Below are positions 53,401 to 64,000 of a stretch of 64,000 bases of DNA, piece by piece. The position numbers and the translations under genes are program-made. Below the pieces are notes generated by a model. That model ran no database searches, was not told the DNA's origin, and saw nothing but the letters and a program-made list of their open reading frames with translations. Origin of the DNA: Eledone cirrhosa (lineage: Eukaryota); NCBI GenBank assembly GCA_964016885.1, contig OZ024748.1:39308001-39372000 (forward strand), given 5' to 3'. Within the stretch, counting starts at the first letter, position 1; each line of letters opens with the position of its first letter.

Positions 53401-56400
53401 ACCATATTTCTAATGGAAGTCACTGTCTATGTCATTAACCCTTTCATTACCATATTTCTAATGAAAGTCACTGTCTATGTCATTAACCCTTTCATTACCA
53501 TATTTCTAATGAAAGTCACTGTCTATTTCATTAACCCTTTCATTACCATATTTCTAATGAAAGACACATTCTATGTCATTAATCCTTTCATTACCATATT
53601 TCTAATGGAAGTCACTGTCTATGTCATTAACCCTTTCATTACCATATTTCTAATGAAAGTGACTGTCTATGTCATTAACCCTTTCATTACCATATTTCTA
53701 ATGAACGTCACTGTCTATGTCATTAACCCTTTCATTTCCATATTTCTAATGAAAGACACAGTCTATGTCATTAATCCTTTCATTACCATATTTCTAATGA
53801 AAGTCACTGTCTATGTCATTAACCCTTTCATTACCATATTTCGAATGAAAGACACTGTTTATTTCATTAACCCTTTCATTACCATATTTCTAATGAAAGA
53901 CACTGTCTATGTCATTAACCCTTTCATTACCATATTTCTAATGAAAGACACTGTCTATTTCATTAACCCTTTCATTACCATATTTCTAATGAAAGTCACT
54001 GTCTATGTCATTAACCCTTTCATTACCATATTTCTAATGAAAGACACTGTCTATGTGATTAACCCTGTCATTACCATATTTCTAATGAAAGTTACTGTCT
54101 ATGTCAGTAATCCTGTCATTACCATATTTCTAATGAAAGTCACTGTCTATGTCATTAACCCTTTCATTACCATATTTCTGAGACTGTCTATTTTATTAAC
54201 CCTTTCATTACCATATTTCTAATGAAAGACACTGTCTATGTCATTAACCCTTTCATTACCATATTTCTAATGAAAGACACTGTTTATTTCATTAACCCTT
54301 TCATTACCATATTTCGAATGAAAGACACTGTCTATGTGATTAACCCTGTCATTACCATATTTCTAATGAAATTTACTGTCTATGTCAGTAACCCTGTCAT
54401 TACCATATTTCTAATGAAAGTCACTCTCTATGTCATTAACCCTTTCATTACCATATTTCTAATGAAAGACACTGTCTATTTCATTAACCCTTTCATTACC
54501 ATATTTATAATGAAAGTCACAGTCTATGTCATTAATCCTTTCATTACCATATTTCTAATGAAAGTCACTGTCTATGTCATTAACCCTTTCATTACCATAT
54601 TTCTAATGAAAGACACTGTCTATGTGATTAACCCTGTCATTACCATATTTCTAATGAAATTTACTGTCTATGTCAGTAACCCTGTCATTACCATATTTCT
54701 AATGAAAGTCACTGTCTATGTCATTAACCCTTTCATTACCATATTTCTAATGAAAGACACTGTCTATGTGATTAACCCTGTCGTTTCCATATTTCTAATG
54801 AAAGTTACTGTCTATGTCAGTAACCCTGTCATTACCAAATTTATAATGAAAGACACTGTCTATGTCATTATCCCTTTCATTACCATATTTCTAATGAAAG
54901 ACACTGTCTATTTCATTAACCCTTTCATTACCATATTTATAATGAAACACACTGTCTATGTCATTAACCCTTTCATTACCATATTTCTAATGAAAGACAC
55001 TGTCTATGTCATTAACCTTTTCATTACCATATTTCTAATGAAAGTCACTGTCTATGTCATTAACTCTTTCATTACCCTATTTCTAATGAAAGACACTGCC
55101 AATGTCATTAACCCTTTCATTACCATATTTCTGACACTGTCTATGTCATTAACCCTTTCATTACCATATTTCTAATAAAAGACACTGTCTATATCATTAA
55201 CCCTTTCATTACCATATTTCTAATGAAAGACACTGTCTATGCAATTAACCCTTTCATTAACATATTTCTCACAAAAGCCACTGTTTATGTCATTGACCAT
55301 TTCATTACCATATTTCTAATGAAAGACATTGTCTATGTCAATAACACATTCATTACCATATTTCTAATGAAAGACACTGCCGATGTCATTAACCCTTTCA
55401 TTACAATATTTCTGAGACTGTCTATTTCATTAACCCTTTCATTACCATATTTCTAATGAAAGACACTGTCTATGTCATTAACCCTTTCATTACCATATTT
55501 CTAATGAAAGACACTGTTTATTTCATTAACCCTTTCATTACCATATTTCTAATGAAAGACACTGTCTATTTCATTAACCCTTTCATTACCATATTTCCTA
55601 TGAAAGACACTGTCTATTTCATTAACCCTTTCATTACCATATTTCTAATGAAAGTCACAGTCTATCTCATTAATCCTTTCATTACCATATTTCTAATGAA
55701 AGTCACTGTCTATGTCATTAACCCTTTCATTACCATATTTCTAATGAAAGACACTGTCTATGTGATTAACCCTGTCATTACCATATTTCTAATGAAATTT
55801 ACTGTCTATGTCAGTAACCCTGTCATTACCATATTTCTAATGAAAGTCACTGTCTATGTCATTAACCCTTTCATTACCATATTTCTAATGAAAGACACTG
55901 TCTAAGTGATTAACCCTGTCGTTACCATATTTCTAATGAAAGTTACTGTCTATGTCAGTAACCCTGTCATTACCAAATTTCTAATGAAAGACACTGTCTA
56001 TTTCATTAACCCTTTCATTACCATATTTCTAATGAAAGACACTGTCTATGTCATTAACCCTTTCATTACCATATTTCTAATGAAAGACACTGTCTATGTC
56101 ATTAACCCTTTCATTACCATATTTCTAATGAAAGTCACTGTCTATGTCATTAACCCTTTCATTACCCTATTTCTAATGAAAGACACTGTCTATGTCATTA
56201 ACCCTTTCATTACCATATTTCTAATGAAAGTCACTGTCTATGTCATTAACCCTTTCATTACCATATTTCTAATGAAAGTCACTGTCTATTTCATTAACCC
56301 TTTCATTACCATATTTCTAATGAAAGACACTGTCTATGTCATTAACCCTTTCATTACCATATTTCTAATGAAAGACACTGTCTATGTCATTAACCCTTTC

Positions 56401-59400
56401 ATTACCATATTTCTAATGAAAGTCACTGTCTATCTCATTAACCCTTTCATTACCATATTTCTAATGAAAGACACATTCTATGTCATTAATCCTTTCATTA
56501 CCATATTTCTAATGGAAGTCACTGTCTATGTCATTAACCCTTTCATTACCATATTTCTAATGAAAGTGACTGTCTATGTCATTAACCCTTTCATTACCAT
56601 ATTTCTAATGAAAGTCACTGTCTATGTCATTAACCCTTTCATTTCCATATTTCTAATGAAAGACACAGCCTATGTCATTAATCCTTTCATTACCATATTT
56701 CTAATGAAAGTCACTGTCTATGTCATTAACCCTTTCATTACCATATTTCTAATAAAAGTCACTGTCTATTTCATTAACCCTTTCATTACCATATTTCTAA
56801 TGAAAGACACTGTCTATGTCATTAACCCTTTCATTACCATATTTCGAATGAAAGACACTGTTTATTTCATTAACCCTTTCATTACCATATTTCTAATGAA
56901 AGACACTGTCTATGTCATTAACCCTTTCATTACCATATTTCTAATGAAAGACACTGTCTATTTCATTAACCCTTTCATTACCATATTTCTAATGAAAGTC
57001 ACTGTCTATGTCATTAACCGTTTCATTACCATATTTCTAATGAAAGACACTGTCTATGTGATTAACCCTGTCATTACCATATTTCTAATGAAAGTTACTG
57101 TCTATGTCAGTAACCCTGTCATTACCATATTTCTACTGAAAGTCACTGTCTATGTCATTAACCCTTTCATTACCATATTTCTAATGAAAGACACTGTCTA
57201 TGTGATTAACCCTGTCGTTACGATATTTCTAATGAAAGTCACTGTCTATGTCATTAACCCTTTCATTACCATATTTCTAATGAAAGACACTGTCTATGTG
57301 ATTAACCCTGTCGTTACCATATTTCTAATGAAAGTTACTGTCTATGTCAGTAACCCTGTCATTACCATATTTCTAATGAAAGACACTGTCTATGTCATTA
57401 ACCCTTTCATTACCATATTTCTAATGAAAGACACTGTCTATTTCATTAACCCTTTCATTACCATATTTCTAATGAAAGTCACTGTCTATGTCATTAACCC
57501 TTTCATTACCATATTTCTAATGAAAGACACTGTCTATGTGATTAACCCTGTCATTACCATATTTCTAATGAAAGTCACTGTCTATGTCATTAACCCTTTC
57601 ATTACCATATTTCTAATGAAAGACACATTCTATGTCATTAATCCTTTCATTACCATATTTCTAATGGAAGTCACTGTCTATGTCATTAACCCTTTCATTA
57701 CCATATTTCTAATGAAAGTCACTGTCTATGTCATTAACCCTTTCATTACCATATTTCTAATGAAAGTCACTGTCTATTTCATTAACCCTTTCATTACCAT
57801 ATTTCTAATGAAAGACACATTCTATGTCATTAATCCTTTCATTACCATATTTCTAATGGAAGTCACTGTCTATGTCATTAACCCTTTCATTACCATATTT
57901 TTAATGAAAGTGACTGTCTATGTCATTAACCCTTTCATTACCATATTTCTAATGAACGTCACTGTCTATGTCATTAACCCTTTCATTTCCATATTTCTAA
58001 TGAAAGACACAGTCTATGTCATTAATCCTTTCATTACCATATTTCTAATGAAAGTCACTGTCTATGTCATTAACCCTTTCATTACCATATTTCGAATGAA
58101 AGACACTGTTTATTTCATTAACCCTTTCATTACCATATTTCTAATGAAAGACACTGTCTATGTCATTAACCCTTTCATTACCATATTTCTAATGAAAGAC
58201 ACTGTCTATTTCATTAACCCTTTCATTACCATATTTCTAATGAAAGTCACTGTCTATGTCATTAACCCTTTCATTACCATATTTCTAATGAAAGACACTG
58301 TCTATGTGATTAACCCTGTCATTACCATATTTCTAATGAAAGTTACTGTCTATGTCAGTAACCCTGTCATTACCATATTTCTAATGAAAGTCACTGTCTA
58401 TGTCATTAACCCTTTCATTACCATATTTCTGAGACTGTCTATTTTATTAACCCTTTCATTACCATATTTCTAATGAAAGACACTGTCTATGTCATTAACC
58501 CTTTCATTACCATATTTCTAATGAAAGACACTGTTTATTTCATTAACCCTTTCATTACCATATTTCGAATGAAAGACACTGTCTATGTGATTAACCCTGT
58601 CATTACCATATTTCTAATGAAATTTACTGTCTATGTCAGTAACCCTGTCATTACCATATTTCTAATGAAAGTCACTCTCTATGTCATTAACCCTTTCATT
58701 ACCATATTTCTAATGAAAGACACTGTCTATTTCATTAACCCTTTCATTACCATATTTATAATGAAAGTCACAGTCTATGTCATTAATCCTTTCATTACCA
58801 TATTTCTAATGAAAGTCACTGTCTATGTCATTAACCCTTTCATTACCATATTTCTAATGAAAGACACTGTCTATGTGATTAACCCTGTCATTACCATATT
58901 TCTAATGAAATTTACTGTCTATGTCAGTAACCCTGTCATTACCATATTTCTAATGAAAGTCACTGTCTATGTCATTAACCCTTTCATTACCATATTTCTA
59001 ATGAAAGACACTGTCTATGTGATTAACCCTGTCGTTTCCATATTTCTAATGAAAGTTACTGTCTATGTCAGTAACCCTGTCATTACCAAATTTATAATGA
59101 AAGACACTGTCTATGTCATTAACCCTTTCATTACCATATTTCTAATGAAAGACACTGTCTATTTCATTAACCCTTTCATTACCATATTTATAATGAAACA
59201 CACTGTCTATGTCATTAACCCTTTCATTACCATATTTCTAATGAAAGACACTGTCTATGTCATTAACCTTTTCATTACCATATTTCTAATGAAAGTCACT
59301 GTCTATGTCATTAACTCTTTCATTACCCTATTTCTAATGAAAGACACTGCCAATGTCATTAACCCTTTCATTACCATATTTCTGACACTGTCTATGTCAT

Positions 59401-62400
59401 TAACCCTTTCATTACCATATTTCTAATAAAAGACACTGTCTATATCATTAACCATTTCATTACCATATTTCTAATGAAAGACACTGTCTATGCAATTAAC
59501 CCTTTCATTAACATATTTCTCACAAAAGCCACTGTTTATGTCATTGACCATTTCATTACCATATTTCTAATGAAAGACATTGTCTATGTCAATAACACAT
59601 TCATTACCATATTTCTAATGAAAGACACTGCCGATGTCATTAACCCTTTCATTACAATATTTCTGAGACTGTCTATTTCATTAACCCTTTCATTACCATA
59701 TTTCTAATGAAAGACACTGTCTATGTCATTAACCCTTTCATTACCATATTTCTAATGAAAGACACTGTTTATTTCATTAACCCTTTCATTACAATATTTC
59801 TAATGAAAGACACTGTCTATTTCATTAACCCTTTCATTACCATATTTCCTATGAAAGACACTGTCTATTTCATTAACCCTTTCATTACCATATTTCTAAT
59901 GAAAGTCACTGTCTATGTGATTAACCCTGTCATTACCATATTTCTAATGAAAGTTACTGTCTATGTCAGTAACCCTGTCATTACCATATTTCTAATGAAA
60001 GTCACTGTCTATGTCATTAACCCTTTCATTACCATATTTCTAATGAAAGACACTGTCTATGTGATTAACCCTGTCGTTACCATATTTCTAATGAAAGTCA
60101 CTGTCTATGTCATTAACCCTGTCGTTACCATATTTCTAATGAAAGTTACTGTCTATGTCAGTAACCCTGTCATTACCAAATTTCTAATGAAAGACACTGT
60201 CTATACCATTAACCCTTTCATTACCATATTTCTAATGAAAGACACTGTCTATTTCATTAACCCTTTCATTACCATATTTCTAATGAAAGACACTGTCTAT
60301 GTCATTAACCCTTTCATTACCATATTTCTAATGAAAGACACTGTCTATGTCATTAACCCTTTCATTACCATATTTCTAATGAAAGTCACTGTCTATGTCA
60401 TTAACCCTTTCATTACCCTATTTCTAATGAAAGACACTGTCTATGTCATTAACCCTTTCATTACCATATTTCTAATGAAAGTCACTGTCTATGTCATTAA
60501 CCCTTTCATTACCATATTTCTAATGAAAGTCACTGTCTATTTCATTAACCCTTTCATTACCATATTTCTAATGAAAGACACTGTCTATGTCATTAACCCT
60601 TTCATTACCATATTTCTAATGAAAGACACTGTCTATGTCATTAACCCTTTCATTACCATATTTCTAATGAAAGTCACTGTCTATGTCATTAACCCTTTCA
60701 TTACCATATTTCTAATGAAAGACACATTCTATGTCATTAATCCTTTCATTACCATATTTCTAATGGAAGTCACTGTCTATGTCATTAACCCTTTCATTAC
60801 CATATTTCTAATGAAAGTGACTGTCTATGTCATTAACCCTTTCATTACCATATTTCTACTGAAAGTCACTGTCTATGTCATTAACCCTTTCATTTCCATA
60901 TTTCTAATGAAAGACACAGTCTATGTCATTAATCCTTTCATTACCATATTTCTAATGAAAGTCACTGTCTATGTCATTAACCCTTTCATTACCATATTTC
61001 TAATAAAAGTCACTGTCTATTTCATTAACCCTTTCATTACCATATTTCTAATGAAAGACACTGTCTATGTCATTAACCCTTTCATTACCATATTTCGAAT
61101 GAAAGACACTGTTTATTTCATTAACCCTTTCATTACCATATTTCTAATGAAAGACACTGTGTATGTCATTAACCCTTTCATTACCATATTTCTAATGAAA
61201 GACACTGTCTATTTCATTAACCCTGTCATTACCATATTTCTAATGAAAGTTACTGTCTATGTCAGTAACCCTGTCATTACCATATTTCTAATGAAAGTCA
61301 CTGTCTATGTCATTAACCCTTTCATTACCATATTTCTAATGAAAGACACTGTCTATGTGATTAACCCTGTCGTTACCATATTTCTAATGAAAGTTACTGT
61401 CTATGTCAGTAACCCTGTCATTACCATATTTCTAATGAAAGACACTGTCTATGTCATTAACCCTTTCATTACCATATTTCTAATGAAAGACACTGTCTAT
61501 TTCATTAACCCTTTCATTACCATATTTCTAATGAAAGACACTGTCTATGTCATTAACCCTGTCATTACCATATTTCTAATGAAATTTACTGTCTATGTCA
61601 GTAACCCTGTCATTACCATATTTCTAATGAAAGTCACTGTCTATGTCATTAACCCTTTCATTACCATATTTCTAATGAAAGACACTGTCTAAGTGATTAA
61701 CCCTGTCGTTACCATATTTCTAATGAAAGTTACTGTCTATGTCAGTAACCCTGTCATTACCAAATTTCTAATGAAAGACACTGTCTATATCATTAACCCT
61801 TTCATTACCATATTTCTAATGAAAGACACTGTCTATTTCATTAACCCTTTCATTACCATATTTCTAATGAAAGACACTGTCTATGTCATTAAACCTTTCA
61901 TTACCATATTTCTAATGAAAGACACTGTCTATGTCATTAACCCTTTCATTACCATATTTCTAATGAAAGTCACTGTCTATGTCATTAACCCTTTCATTAC
62001 CCTATTTCTAATGAAAGACACTGTCTATGTCATTAACCCTTTCATTACCATATTTCTAATGAAAGTCACTGTCTATGTCATTAAACCTTTCATTACCATA
62101 TTTCTAATGAAAGTCACTGTCTATTTCATTAACCCTTTCATTACCATATTTCTAATGAAAGACACTGTCTATGTCATTAACCCTTTCATTACCATATTTC
62201 TAATGAAAGACACTGTCTATGTCATTAACCCTTTCATTACCATATTTCTAATGAAATTCACTGTCTATGTCATTAACCCTTTCATTACCATATTTCTAAT
62301 GAAAGACACATTTTATGTCATTAATCCTTTCATTACCATATTTCTAATGGAAGTCACTGTCTATGTCATTAACCCTTTCATTACCATATTTCTAATGAAA

Positions 62401-64000
62401 GTGACTGTCTATGTCATTAACCCTTTCATTACCATATTTCTAATGAAAGTCACTGTCTATGTCATTAACCCTTTCATTTCCATATTTCTAATGAAAGACA
62501 CAGTCTATGTCATTAATCCTTTCATTACCATATTTCTAATGAAAGTCACTGTCTATGTCATTAACCCTTTCATTACCATATTTCTAATAAAAGTCACTGT
62601 CTATTTCATTAACCCTTTCATTACCATATTTCTAATGAAAGACACTGTCTATGTCATTAACCCTTTCATTACCATATTTCGAATGAAAGACACTGTTTAT
62701 TTCATTAACCCTTTCATTACCATATTTCTAATGAAAGACACTGTCTATGTCATTAACCCTTTCATTACCATATTTCTAATGAAAGACACTGTCTATTTCA
62801 TTAACCCTTTCATTACCATATTTCTAATGAAAGTCACTGTCTATTTCATTAACCCTTTCATTACCATATTTCTAATGAAAGACACTGTCTATGTGATTAA
62901 CCCTGTCATTACCATATTTCTAATGAAAGTTACTGTCTATGTCAGTAACCCTGTCATTACCATATTTCTAATGAAAGTCACTGTCTATGTCATTAACCCT
63001 TTCATTACCATATTTCTAATGAAAGACACTGTCTATGTGATTAACCCTGTCGTTACCATATTTCTAATGAAAGTTACTGTCTATGTCAGTAACCCTGTCA
63101 TTACCATATTTCTAATGAAAGACACTGTCTATGTCATTAACCCTTTCATTACCATATTTCTAATGAAAGACACTGTCTATTTCATTAACCCTTTCATTAC
63201 CATATTTATAATGAAACACACTGTCTATGTCATTAACCCTTTCATTACCATATTTCTAATGAAAGACACTGTCTATGTCATTAACCTTTTCATTACCATA
63301 TTTCTAATGAAAGTCACTGTCTATGTCATTAACTCTTTCATTACCCTATTTCTAATGAAAGACACTGCCAATGTCATTAACCCTTTCATTACCATATTTC
63401 TGACACTGTCTATGTCATTAACCCTTTCATTACCATATTTCTAATAAAAGACACTGTCTATATCATTAACCATTTCATTACCATATTTCTAATGAAAGAC
63501 ACTGTCTATGCAATTAACCCTTTCATTAACATATTTCTCACAAAAGCCACTGTTTATGTCATTGACCATTTCATTACCATATTTCTAATGAAAGACATTG
63601 TCTATGTCAATAACACATTCATTACCATATTTCTAATGAAAGACACTGCCGATGTCATTAACCCTTTCATTACAATATTTCTGAGACTGTCTATTTCATT
63701 AACCCTTTCATTACCATATTTCTAATGAAAGACACTGTCTATGTCATTAACCCTTTCATTACCATATTTCTAATGAAAGACACTGTTTATTTCATTAACC
63801 CTTTCATTACAATATTTCTAATGAAAGACACTGTCTATTTCATTAACCCTTTCATTACCATATTTCCTATGAAAGACACTGTCTATTTCATTAACCCTTT
63901 CATTACCATATTTCTAATGAAAGTCACTGTCTATGTGATTAACCCTGTCATTACCATATTTCTAATGAAAGTTACTGTCTATGTCAGTAACCCTGTCATT
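49380..64000. repeat. ~4.0-4.3-kb higher-order repeat, a little over three tandem copies
   Basis: An identical 77-codon landmark occurs at 50924, 55223, 59474 and 63492; spacings are 4299 (90x48-21), 4251 (89x48-21) and 4018 (84x48-14). Shared markers include TTTATAATGAAACACACT, ATTACAATATTTCTGAG and TTTCCTATG. Confidence 0.9.

Larger units (their letters stand above)
1..64000. repeat. 48-bp monomer tandem satellite array, ~1,335 head-to-tail copies, truncated by both window ends
   Basis: The unit ATGAAAG(T/A)CACTGTCTATGTCATTAACCCTTTCATTACCATATTTCTA recurs every 48 bp throughout (ATG at 6, 54, 102, 150...). Most monomers are within 0-3 substitutions of consensus. The T-type consensus has 14 A, 19 T, 11 C, 4 G and no CpG. 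Copy number is estimated from length/48. Confidence 0.99.

Noticed and set aside
6-63725. ORF-track entries as real genes (repeat or membrane proteins)
   Set aside because: All are translations of the same 16-codon unit, with no unique domains or flanking gene structure. Stops and frameshifts are propagated in duplications and amino-acid-changing variants are abundant.
1-64000. CRISPR array (palindromic repeat at regular spacing)
   Set aside because: The sequence between dyads is as repetitive as the dyads; there are no unique spacers, leader or cas genes.
1-64000. Identity with known human 48-bp repeats (CER/D22Z3 satellite, DRD4 VNTR)
   Set aside because: Only the unit length matches. The DRD4 VNTR is GC-rich and short, and I recognise no CER similarity; a Dfam search would settle it.

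Overview
The whole 64-kb window is one uninterrupted, head-to-tail tandem array of an AT-rich (~31% GC) 48-bp monomer, consensus ATGAAAG(T/A)CACTGTCTATGTCATTAACCCTTTCATTACCATATTTCTA, about 1,335 copies. I saw no unique sequence, inversion or inserted element, and both array ends lie outside the window. It looks like eukaryotic satellite DNA; I do not recognise the family or organism. The ORF track is a by-product of a 48-bp unit with one stop-free frame, and stops and frameshifts are amplified along with everything else, so no CDS is called. The interesting structure lies at two scales. Within the monomer there is a perfect 9-bp inverted repeat, a second quasi-palindrome perfected by a linked variant pair, 12-bp sub-repeats and a piggyBac-end-like TTAA|CCCTTT motif. 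Across the array there are linked variant modules, 41-bp deletion monomers, nested higher-order duplications (~1.1, 1.4, 1.7, 2.2, 4.0-4.3 and ~10 kb), variant zoning, and a ~1.9-kb block copied from ~20 kb away. I found no evidence of a protein-coding system; all functional ideas below are hypotheses.
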